From assembly GCA_963668625.2 (NCBI GenBank), contig CAXXKA010000010.1, positions 224,001-288,000 of the forward strand: a stretch of DNA of 64,000 bases. The letters are read 5' to 3'. Origin of the DNA: an uncultured candidate division Zixibacteria bacterium (GTDB lineage Bacteria; Zixibacteria; MSB-5A5; UBA10806; 4484-95). This document shows, one piece after another, positions 48,701 through 57,061 of the stretch. Position 1 is the stretch's first letter. Each line of letters opens with the position of its first letter. Made by a program: the position numbers and the translations under genes. The notes beneath the pieces are model-generated. The model searched no databases and had not been told where the DNA came from. It worked only from the letters and a program-made list of their open reading frames with translations.

Positions 48701-51700
48701 GACATTCGATGATGCGGTCAATTCGTTCTACAACTACTCGATGGCTGATGACGCTGCCTGGGAATGGACTGCTACTTATGGCAATCCCGCCCCTGGCATG
48801 TATCACAATGACACTTATGTCGAATGTGATGACTATCTGGTCTCCAACGGCTCATATACCGTTCCGGATGTCGAGATGATCTCACTGTACTTCGATCAGG
48901 ATTGTAATTATCCGACATATTATCAGCTGCATGAGGTCCTGGTATCCACCGACTTTGCCGGTGATCCTTCCACTGCTACCTGGGTTACTCTTTATGAAGG
49001 TTTCGGTGATGAAGCATGGACAACCATGTCGTTCAGCCTGGAAGCTTACAGAGGCCAGGATGTCAATTTCGCGTTCCATTATATGGGGAACGGCGATACC
49101 GAATGGTATATCGATAACGTTAAAGTGCAGATTCCGCCCACCGGTCGTTGCTGCGATTACACCGCAGATATCAACAACCCCGTTTGTACGGATGACGTAT
49201 ACGCCGATGCTTGCGCCGGCGAACTTATGACCTGGCTCGAGGCTGGCACATGTAGCACCGATCCTTGCCCGGTTCCGCCCGCCAACGACGATTGCGCGAA
49301 TGCCATTGATGTGACCGGTACATATCCTGTTTCCGGCACCGGTACTACCATTATGGCTCAACCGGATTGTCCCGATTCGCTCGATGAATTCCGTGCCGTA
49401 TGGTACAAATTCGACTTAGCTTATGCTTACAATAATGTCACTATTACTATGTGTGGTGATGACACTGATATAGATACCGTTGGCATTATTCTTACTGATG
49501 ATTGTGTCTGCGATGATTATATCTTGGCAACCGGTTACGATTTCGATACTACTTACTGCTCCACTGGTTATACGGGCGTTCAGTTATACATCAACTATCT
49601 CCCGGCTGGAACTTACTACTGGCCAGCTAAAATGACGGATGCCAACGGCGAAGGTATGGATTTCTCCTATACTATCGACGTAGTCGAGTACGTACCGCTT
49701 CCGGGTGATATGTGTGAAAACGCGTTAACCGTAGATGCTATGCCGTTTACTTCCGATACTCTCAACACCTGTAATTATGGTGACTTCTGCGATATCTCGG
49801 GTTTAAACTCTTCGGAAATCATTTTCGAGTGGGTTGTCCCGGCTGAGTATGTCTACACGGTTTCGTTGTGCGATAGTATTACCGACTATGACACCAAAAT
49901 CGCCATTTATGCCGATGAGTGTTGCACTGGACCCGAAACCTACTATGCTTACAACGATGATGCTTGTGGAACAGCTTCCGAGATCACCACAACTTTCTTC
50001 CCCGGCACTTATTATGTCGTGGTTGATGGTTATGATGGCGACTGTGGTCTGACCATCCTCGATATCTCTGAGTTTGGTGAGCCGCCGGTTGGCGCTTGCT
50101 GTTATGGTGATTTCTACAACCAGTCCTGTGCCGATGCGACTGAATTCGAGTGTATCGATACTTATGCTGGTTTCTCATGGGTCGAGGGCGATTCCTGTGC
50201 CACGGCCGAATGCCCCTCATACGGCGCATTCAACTCTGATGTCACAGCTATTGACGACTCTGTTGATGCTGTTGGACCTGGCAATGTTAAGACCCAGGTA
50301 ATCAATATCAGCAATACTGGTGCCGATACTCTGACATTTACCGCTAATGCTATTATCGATCCTCCTACTCCGGCTGTTGGTTTAAGCTCTGCTCAGTTTA
50401 CTACACTTAGTGGTATCTACAATGATGTCAACCTCCAAAAGGGTGACCCGCTAGATAGAGCCCAAGGCTTGAAATTCCAACAGAGCTTATTGGCTGATTA
50501 TACCGGTTTTGAAACATTTGATTCGAATATCGGTGAATTCACTGCCTACAATGTTGATACTGGTGATACTACTACATGGTACTGGTATGATAGCGATGGT
50601 AATCCTGCCGGCTGTGCTAGAATTGACTATAATTCCTACAACGCTGAGGATGATTACCTCATTTCGAACGGTACATTCACGGTTCCTGATGTTGACGATG
50701 TTGCCTTGACATTCGATCAGAGGGATGTATTCACTTATGGTTTATACTATAATACCCATGAGGTTTTAATCTCCTTAGATTTCGCTGGAGATCCTGCAAC
50801 AGCCACCTGGGTCCAGCTTTACGAAGATGATGCCCAGTCAACATGGGAAACTATTTCCATTAGTATGGAAACCTATAGAGGCGATGCTGTAAATATCGCC
50901 TTCCATTATATCGGTGATGACGCTGATGATTGGATGGTCGATAATGTTTACATCGGCACTCCGCAAACAGGTCGTTGCTGTTATGGTAGCATTTACGAGC
51001 CTGATTGTGTTGATGGTGTCACTCTTGACTCCTGTGATGCTCTTAGCGGAATATTTACTGCTGAGATCGACTGTAGCACCCCTTGCGAATACTGGCCGCA
51101 TTGTGATGATGATGCTCTCGTTGGTCAGTATCCGGATATGGAAACGTGGACTGGCGGAACGGCTGATGCCGGTGTTTCGTTAAAACGTTACGATAGCTAT
51201 GCCGGTGCTTATGGTCTCATCGAAGAGGTAACATTCTGGGGCTTCGACCGTTGGCATGACGGTACCAGCTGGGTTGAGTGCGATGAAGAGCCGATGGACT
51301 TCGAGATTCAGTTCTGGACTGACGATGCCGGTATTCCCGGAACCTTAGTTTACAGTGAATCATTATCGATTAATCCTGAAGCATACACCTGGGATCTTTC
51401 CGGCAGAACTCTTAAAGAGTTCCACGCTGTATTAAACACGGCTGTTGAGCTGGATAATGGTTGGATCTCGATTCAGGGTATCAGCATCAATGATCCTGAT
51501 TGCTGGTTCCTCTGGCTCTCCTCCACTGATGGTGATGATCAGTCACTCACCGACGATGGTACAGGTTTGGCAGTTGAAGCTTTTGACTTAAACTTCTGCT
51601 TCAATGGTACCTACCAGGCTCCGTGGTTGACTATCGATGTCGATGAAGGCGAAATTGCTGCCGGCGATCCGGCTATTGCGATTACCGCTAGAATGGATGC

Positions 51701-52142
51701 CGAGTTCCTGAGCTGCGGTAATACCTACACTGGTAGCATTAACTTCACCAGTAACGATCCGCAGGTTCCCACGTACTCCGTGCCTGTTTCATTCACTACA
51801 GATTGCGGTCCTAACGGATACGAATATCTGCCTGGTGATGCCAATATGGCTGCCGGTGCCTGGCCGCCGAACGTAATCGGCGCTGACGTGACCTACCTGG
51901 TCAACTACTTCCGCGCTATCGCCTCGCCGTGTCTGCTCGGTGGTTACTATGCCTCCGGTGACGCTAACGGTGATTGCTTGGTAATCGGTGCCGACGTTAC
52001 TTATCTCGTCCAGTATTTCCGTGGTGCTAATACGATCAAGTACTGCGGCGATGATGTTGGCGAGGATGACTACACACCTGCATGGCTTAATACTGGGGAA
52101 CTACCCCCGAGTGCGCCTGCCGGTTGGCCGAACTGCGAATAG
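45756..52142 (+). CDS. Large Cys/Asp-rich mosaic surface protein with a C-terminal class A dockerin
   Basis: GGAGG RBS; signal peptide; 7 PPC-like beta modules; 6 GxCC six-Cys modules; 2 cleaved-adhesin/MAM-like domains (WYIDNV, WMVDNV); GDANM...IGADVTYLVNYFR...GDANGDCLVIGADVTYLVQYFRG. Confidence 0.88.
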   Translation: MRKTLLLTTVIILAFSLVFAWAGDKKDQVEKKITATSNTHAPQVDDVKEQKAPEVAPAEQPAVVPEAKAKFIDPNDERVAKADEELYLQKQNGAFKPVEQVEEVNTVVKAKAKEVKAEEEKAVRIISEHELLKIKASEMGVSVEELLHKESIVPLTPPGLTTATGDNCADPITLTIPADLPFVDQDQATCGRGNSDSTSCMGNYDGGEDIVYEITVTADTYVNFIFDPKGTIWTGFALAAECPPVTCIFNNTSASGSERSQDGVLLEATVGTYYLMIDTYPDPDCIPDFDLTIEEYTAPTGRCCDYTDPPNPVCTDGVEEADCDGAAMTWVEGLLCSTDPCPSYIGNDCAYPIVITDADLPYSETGQTTCMRGNTYSETCLGNYDNDEDILYAFTNTSGADIFIDVEVTNATAAYLGILADTLCPGGSSCLDYETGYYGSYDISLEIVPVNAGQTVYIMVDNYEEGCFDFDFDITQYLVPTGRCCNYDTDPDNPTCTDAMEEDDCVASGTDVSWVEDYDCTTNPCPVPPVNDDCADAMTVVPDVEYTVDNTRATDDGDGGEDIRHNVWYCYTATLTGTAQIRLCDSDFDTELAVYEGCNCDAGMASRMLAYNDDNSTVCGSGGRSALDLDITLGESYLIEAGTYSSYTTFGDIVLIIEETAAPVEGDSIENAYTIPSLPYSDAGNTSAFTDNYVGSCGTHVSAPDVVYAYTATVDTFIDISLCGSSYDTRLYVYENDTSTEVACDDDGCPSVTTTTRSWINALYVTSGDTYYFVIDGYSSNSGDYVIDVDFADPPALGDACSNPIDITAFPYTFADNSCNYTNKVRYDGPDVIWRFTLAAAARLQFSLCNSDSVFYDNLFLHEDGTCGGDYLTYEYDGCASSAMTEFTYDLGAGTYYLVLDGSSSTPNCGEFQLDIAEIVIPTGRCCYYDTNPADPYSPICVDAITEVDCDALIDTFSGTWTEGLDCTSDPCPVPVDFTGTETFDDAVNSFYNYSMADDAAWEWTATYGNPAPGMYHNDTYVECDDYLVSNGSYTVPDVEMISLYFDQDCNYPTYYQLHEVLVSTDFAGDPSTATWVTLYEGFGDEAWTTMSFSLEAYRGQDVNFAFHYMGNGDTEWYIDNVKVQIPPTGRCCDYTADINNPVCTDDVYADACAGELMTWLEAGTCSTDPCPVPPANDDCANAIDVTGTYPVSGTGTTIMAQPDCPDSLDEFRAVWYKFDLAYAYNNVTITMCGDDTDIDTVGIILTDDCVCDDYILATGYDFDTTYCSTGYTGVQLYINYLPAGTYYWPAKMTDANGEGMDFSYTIDVVEYVPLPGDMCENALTVDAMPFTSDTLNTCNYGDFCDISGLNSSEIIFEWVVPAEYVYTVSLCDSITDYDTKIAIYADECCTGPETYYAYNDDACGTASEITTTFFPGTYYVVVDGYDGDCGLTILDISEFGEPPVGACCYGDFYNQSCADATEFECIDTYAGFSWVEGDSCATAECPSYGAFNSDVTAIDDSVDAVGPGNVKTQVINISNTGADTLTFTANAIIDPPTPAVGLSSAQFTTLSGIYNDVNLQKGDPLDRAQGLKFQQSLLADYTGFETFDSNIGEFTAYNVDTGDTTTWYWYDSDGNPAGCARIDYNSYNAEDDYLISNGTFTVPDVDDVALTFDQRDVFTYGLYYNTHEVLISLDFAGDPATATWVQLYEDDAQSTWETISISMETYRGDAVNIAFHYIGDDADDWMVDNVYIGTPQTGRCCYGSIYEPDCVDGVTLDSCDALSGIFTAEIDCSTPCEYWPHCDDDALVGQYPDMETWTGGTADAGVSLKRYDSYAGAYGLIEEVTFWGFDRWHDGTSWVECDEEPMDFEIQFWTDDAGIPGTLVYSESLSINPEAYTWDLSGRTLKEFHAVLNTAVELDNGWISIQGISINDPDCWFLWLSSTDGDDQSLTDDGTGLAVEAFDLNFCFNGTYQAPWLTIDVDEGEIAAGDPAIAITARMDAEFLSCGNTYTGSINFTSNDPQVPTYSVPVSFTTDCGPNGYEYLPGDANMAAGAWPPNVIGADVTYLVNYFRAIASPCLLGGYYASGDANGDCLVIGADVTYLVQYFRGANTIKYCGDDVGEDDYTPAWLNTGELPPSAPAGWPNCE

Positions 52143-52166
52143 TAGATATTCAAGTACGGCAAATAC

Positions 52167-52262
52167 ATGGTCGTTCCGTTCTAAACGGAGCGACCATTCC
52201 TTAGCCAATAGGAATGGTAAAATAAAGATTAGGGAGTCGCTTATGGTGGCTCCCTATCTTAT
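52167..52262 (+). terminator. Two tandem stem-loops ending the cluster
   Basis: atggtcgttccgtt-cta-aacggagcgaccat (52167-52197) and tagggagtcgc-ttatg-gtggctcccta (52230-52256). Confidence 0.7.
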
Positions 52263-52290
52263 TGTCTAGCATAGTATTAGTAGATTTAAG

Positions 52291-52319
52291 TTGACAAAGC
52301 GTATTATTTTTTTTACTTT
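52291..52319 (+). promoter_or_regulatory. Sigma70-type promoter of the GH35-like gene
   Basis: TTGACA-N17-TACTTT. Confidence 0.6.
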
Positions 52320-52377
52320 ACTACTCGGTTGTAAATAATTAATGAGAAATATGGTTTTTAAAGAGAAATAAAGTAAA

Positions 52378-54543
52378 TTGTTAGGACTAATTGACAACAA
52401 ATTCATGATTGGCCGCGATACGTTCCTGCCTGTATCCGCTGAAATACATTATTTCAGAGTTCCTAAGAGATATTGGTCTATTTGTTTCGAAAGAATCAAA
52501 AGGGCTGGTTTCAGGATAATATCCAGTTACGTCCCCTGGAATCTTCATGAGGAAAAACCCGGCCAATTCGATTTTCAGGGACTTGATAATCCGCATAAGG
52601 ATTTGATCGTTTTTCTCGAGTTAGCGCGCGAATTCGGTTTTAAGATAATTCTCCGGCCCGGTCCATGGATTAAATCGGAATGGCCCGATGGCGGTTTGCC
52701 CAAATACATTTTTTCGGATGAATCGATCATCGCCCGTGACAGCACCGGCGAGTTATTGATTGCCAAAAACAGTGGTGGGGTTAAACCCAGTTACCAACCG
52801 TCATACCTTCACCCGAAATATATGAATCATGTCAAGCGCTACATAGGTGGCCTGGTGGAGGCTATTCAAAATTACATTTTCCCAAAAGGGCCCGTGTTTC
52901 TGGTTCAACTCGATAATGAAATTAATTTCGGGGGGAACGATAAATTACTCGAATCCGATTATAACAATTATGTCGTAAGTGAATTATATCCGGCGTTTTT
53001 AGAGGATAAATACGAAAACGTTAAAAACTTGCCGTCATGTTATGGCAAGAATAGAAGTTTTAACGGTATACTCCCGCCGACCGAGATAACAGTAAAGAAG
53101 GCCGAGCAACTCGTTCATTATTTCGATTGGCTCGAATTTAAAGGTACGATAGTCAGAGATTATATTAACCAGTTGCGCGATAGATGGGAATCTATGGGCG
53201 TTGGCTGTATGTTCTCAGTGACGATACCGTCCTCATTCGATTTTAATATACCGATACCATGGGGCGAAATTCGCGGCGAGCGTACTATACTCGGTACCTC
53301 GATCGAGCACGAGGATGATATCACCCAGGTTACCCGCAAACTGAGACTGACCGAAAGCATAACAGGCTACTGCTGGTCATCCCAGTTGGCAACCGGCGAA
53401 CCGGGTGAAATCTCGGGAAAAGCCTCTGAGGATATATATAAAAAACAGCGTTTCCTGCTTATCTCCTCGCTGGCTGCCGGCCTTAAAGGATTGAACTATT
53501 ACATGTTCGTCGGACGCGATCACTGGAAAGGCTCAGCGCTCGATGCTGATGGCACTGTTAATCCTAATTACGATGATATCCGGAAACTGAATGTCGCGCT
53601 TGAGGTGATGGATTTAGGCACGGCTTCGTCGAAATCCAGTGTCTCGATAGGCTTGTATAAACCTTATCAGTGGTATTCCGAAATCGATCCTAAAGGCGAG
53701 TTCGCTTATATCAGCGATCTGGTCGATCAAACTTTCTCGAATATTTTAGCCGATCTTTCAGGCTTGAATTATGACTATAATATTTACGACCTGGACAGCC
53801 TGGATGAGAGCTGGCATGCCGAGGATTTCAGTGAGACGAAACTGATGTTCGTACCCTGCGCCGAATATATGTCCGATCATTTGCAGAAAAAGCTGTTAGA
53901 TTTGGTTAACGATGGTATGATAATCGTGTTCATCGGCCTGTTGCCGAGATTCAACCTTCAGTTCAAATCCTCGAGAATTCTTGCTAAAGGCCTGGGTATT
54001 CAAACAAGAGCCGGTTATTCGCCGGGATTCATTGAGGCCAATAACCATTCGTTCCGATCGATTATTTACGGTACCATTCAGGGCAAAGACTCAACCAAAG
54101 TGATAGCTAAAGCGGGGCCGAAGATTGTCGGAGTTAGCAGGAAACTAGGCAAAGGCAAATCTTATTTCTTCAGTTACGATATCGCCGCCGGCGGTGAGCC
54201 GGGGCGTCTTTGTTTCTTAAAAGATATACTGATGGAAAACGAAATAACCACAGCTATTAATTGCTCCGAATCGGATATCGACGTGGTGATTAAAACCAAC
54301 GATAAAGGCGCCGCCTTGTTCCTGATGAATGCCGGATCAGGGCAATTAATCAGGCATAAACGCAAGAAAGTTGTGGTCTCCGTCGATCTATCCCAGTGCG
54401 GAATCAGGCAGGCTAAAATAGTTCTACATGACATTTTCGATATGGAAAATGTTATAAAAACTACCTCACAGGAATTGCGTGATGGTTTGATATTCGAGAT
54501 GGATTATCTTGATGCCCGAGTGTTCTGGATTCCCAAGAAATAA
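52378..54543 (+). CDS. GH35-family beta-galactosidase/exo-beta-glucosaminidase-like protein, cytoplasmic, possibly inactive
   Basis: AEIHYFR, YVPWNLHE, LRPGPWIKSEW..GGLP, QLDNE, GLNYYMF; GATase-like trimerisation region; TTG start; no signal peptide. Confidence 0.85.
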   Translation: MLGLIDNKFMIGRDTFLPVSAEIHYFRVPKRYWSICFERIKRAGFRIISSYVPWNLHEEKPGQFDFQGLDNPHKDLIVFLELAREFGFKIILRPGPWIKSEWPDGGLPKYIFSDESIIARDSTGELLIAKNSGGVKPSYQPSYLHPKYMNHVKRYIGGLVEAIQNYIFPKGPVFLVQLDNEINFGGNDKLLESDYNNYVVSELYPAFLEDKYENVKNLPSCYGKNRSFNGILPPTEITVKKAEQLVHYFDWLEFKGTIVRDYINQLRDRWESMGVGCMFSVTIPSSFDFNIPIPWGEIRGERTILGTSIEHEDDITQVTRKLRLTESITGYCWSSQLATGEPGEISGKASEDIYKKQRFLLISSLAAGLKGLNYYMFVGRDHWKGSALDADGTVNPNYDDIRKLNVALEVMDLGTASSKSSVSIGLYKPYQWYSEIDPKGEFAYISDLVDQTFSNILADLSGLNYDYNIYDLDSLDESWHAEDFSETKLMFVPCAEYMSDHLQKKLLDLVNDGMIIVFIGLLPRFNLQFKSSRILAKGLGIQTRAGYSPGFIEANNHSFRSIIYGTIQGKDSTKVIAKAGPKIVGVSRKLGKGKSYFFSYDIAAGGEPGRLCFLKDILMENEITTAINCSESDIDVVIKTNDKGAALFLMNAGSGQLIRHKRKKVVVSVDLSQCGIRQAKIVLHDIFDMENVIKTTSQELRDGLIFEMDYLDARVFWIPKK

Positions 54544-54548
54544 AATAA

Positions 54549-54574
54549 AACCGGGCTTGATGGCAAACCCGGTT
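54549..54574. terminator. Hairpin between convergent genes
   Basis: aaccgggcttg-atgg-caaacccggtt. Confidence 0.55.
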
Positions 54575-54599
54575 GGATAGATTCTAATTTAATCCCATA

Positions 54600-56891
54600 T
54601 TAAAATTCATACTCGATGCCACCGATAGGGATGAAGCTCCATTGATATTCGGTTTCTATTTCATTGTCATACTCATCCCATGTATACGCTGCCACGTTTT
54701 TTCGATTATAGACGTTCCACAGGCTCAGATAGGCAACTATAGCCGAGTTTTTGAAATTATAGCGTTCATCATACCTGATATTCAGCGAGTGGTAGGCGGG
54801 GTAACGTTCGCCGTTAAGCCTGCTGATATCCACTATACCGGTACCGTATTGAGCGGAGAGGTTCTCATCTAACGGCGTATAGGGCACGCCACCTGCGTAG
54901 ATCCATTTGAAACTGAATTCGTATTTATCGTTTAGCTTGTAACCGCTTATTACGCTGAAAATATATTTATTATCGTAAGCGCGGTCTCTCCATACGCCGT
55001 TTAAATCTTTATAGCGCGATCTGAAAAACGAGCCGCTTACTAAGCCATACAGTTTTCGAGCAAGCTTTTTCTGTATTAAGACCTCAATGCCGCGCGTATA
55101 TGCTTCGCCTAAATCCACCAGCTCGATATACTGAGACGCCTGCCCGCCGATACTGATGGCGTCATCGATAATGAATTTTGCGGGGTCACCGGTATCGAGC
55201 GGAAAATGCTCGTATTCCTTATCGTACGCCTCGACCGTAAATTTGGTATCCTCGGTCAGCATGTAATCGAAACCAACCACATAATGAGTCGCTTTAAGGT
55301 CTTTCAACTTTTTGTAACTATCATCTAATGATAAAATGGTCATGGGCAAATTTTGATAGAAAATACCCGTGGAGCCGTTAAGCGTGAGACGATTGGTTAA
55401 GTTCAGAGAGGTGGTAAAGCGAGGGGAGAAGTGAATGTTTTCGTTATACGAGAAATAATCGGCGCGGCAGCCTAATGTCGTGGTGAGACGTTTAACCGGT
55501 TTGAAACTGTAGTTAGCGAATCCTCCCGATTTCCAGGAGTTGAACCTGTCATTTATATCTATCTCAGGCACCGTTTCCCCCAGACGGTTATACTCCTCGG
55601 CCACGAACCAATCGTAATCGGCCAATTCGTATTCGCCGGTGAGGCCCAGTTGAACGGAGTTGGAGTTGTTGATTCTATAATGATTGACATTACGCAGCCT
55701 TACCTGCCCCTCGATATAATCGTTGTCGAAATTCAGGCTATGGTCATCGACCTTGTACCATGTCATATCGGTTTTTACGAACGAGCATGATACGGAGGTG
55801 TTGGAATAGCCGTTCCTGCTCCATAAGGACCGCCAGTTGATACCGCTCGTGTTCATGTAAGCTAAGTAATCGCCGTAGGCTGATGTTCCTATGTCGATAG
55901 CGTCCTCGCGTGAATATTTGATATGGCTGTGCCCGAATATATCAATTAATGTAATAATGTTGGATGGATTGATATGATAGGTTGCCTTAACGTGAGCATC
56001 CCCGTAGCGCGGCACCGAACCCGACCCGATGGCGTCGGCGAAAAGATCGAGGTAGCTTTCGCGCGCGGACACGATGAATGAGCCTTTGCTTTCATGAAGA
56101 GGTCCCTCGACCACGCAACCGGCGCCGCCCATGCTCAAATCGAGCTGTGCGTCGTACTCATCCGGGTTGCCCTCTCGAAGCTTGATATCGACCACCGATG
56201 ACAGCCTGTTACCATAGGCGGCGGAAAACCCGCCGGCGTAGAATGTGGCGTCCTCGATGAGATCGACATTTAGAAGCCCGATCGGCCCGCCGGATGATCC
56301 CTGTACGGGAAAGTGGTTGATATTGTTAATCTGAATATTATCAACGAAAAAGCCGTTCTCTGTCGGGCTGCCCCCTCTCACGGCAAGATCGTTGGCGTTA
56401 TCGGAAACCATCGCGGTGCTGGGTAGGCTCATCAATATACGGCTAACATCCCCCGCCGAACCCGGCATTCGTCTCACCTCCTCGCCGCTGAAATCCACTA
56501 CGCTGGTGGGATCGATATCATCCTTGATGTAATAACTGGTGGTTACCACGATATCATCGCCTGGTACGGTTGCCTGTTGAAGTTCGGCGTTTACGAAAGT
56601 AATACGACCTGAGCGGATAATTATATCCGGCTTAATTGTCTTCTGATAGCCTATTTGCTGGTACGAAAGCGAGTAACTGCCGACCGGTACGTTTTTGATC
56701 TCGAACTCGCCGTTGGTATCGGTGGCTTTGCCTATATTCAGGCGGGTAATGGTAACAGCCACACCGGTCAATGGCTCCAGGGTAGATATATCGACAACTT
56801 TTCCCTTGATACTTCCGACCGGCGTTTGAGAAAGTATAGGTTGGCAGGCGATAAATACTGATAATAGCGTAAACAGGGTTTTCTTCATCAT
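54600..56891 (-). CDS. TonB-dependent receptor with an N-terminal carboxypeptidase-regulatory-like domain
   Basis: GSIKGKVVD...TDTNGEF; plug VRGGSPTENGFFVD...GGFSAAYGNRLSSV; C-terminal GIEYEF. Confidence 0.92.
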   Translation of the reverse strand: MMKKTLFTLLSVFIACQPILSQTPVGSIKGKVVDISTLEPLTGVAVTITRLNIGKATDTNGEFEIKNVPVGSYSLSYQQIGYQKTIKPDIIIRSGRITFVNAELQQATVPGDDIVVTTSYYIKDDIDPTSVVDFSGEEVRRMPGSAGDVSRILMSLPSTAMVSDNANDLAVRGGSPTENGFFVDNIQINNINHFPVQGSSGGPIGLLNVDLIEDATFYAGGFSAAYGNRLSSVVDIKLREGNPDEYDAQLDLSMGGAGCVVEGPLHESKGSFIVSARESYLDLFADAIGSGSVPRYGDAHVKATYHINPSNIITLIDIFGHSHIKYSREDAIDIGTSAYGDYLAYMNTSGINWRSLWSRNGYSNTSVSCSFVKTDMTWYKVDDHSLNFDNDYIEGQVRLRNVNHYRINNSNSVQLGLTGEYELADYDWFVAEEYNRLGETVPEIDINDRFNSWKSGGFANYSFKPVKRLTTTLGCRADYFSYNENIHFSPRFTTSLNLTNRLTLNGSTGIFYQNLPMTILSLDDSYKKLKDLKATHYVVGFDYMLTEDTKFTVEAYDKEYEHFPLDTGDPAKFIIDDAISIGGQASQYIELVDLGEAYTRGIEVLIQKKLARKLYGLVSGSFFRSRYKDLNGVWRDRAYDNKYIFSVISGYKLNDKYEFSFKWIYAGGVPYTPLDENLSAQYGTGIVDISRLNGERYPAYHSLNIRYDERYNFKNSAIVAYLSLWNVYNRKNVAAYTWDEYDNEIETEYQWSFIPIGGIEYEF

Positions 56892-57061
56892 TTCGATATT
56901 CCTTTCGTTACTGATAAATTACTATCTTCATGATCCAGTATACGAAAGGTGATTGAAATTATAGCCCTGATGAGTCAATCGGGACGTTCGACTTTATAAA
57001 GTTGTACTCATAGGGATGATTAATTAGGGTATTATTAGGATTGGCTCTTGTCGTCTCGATT

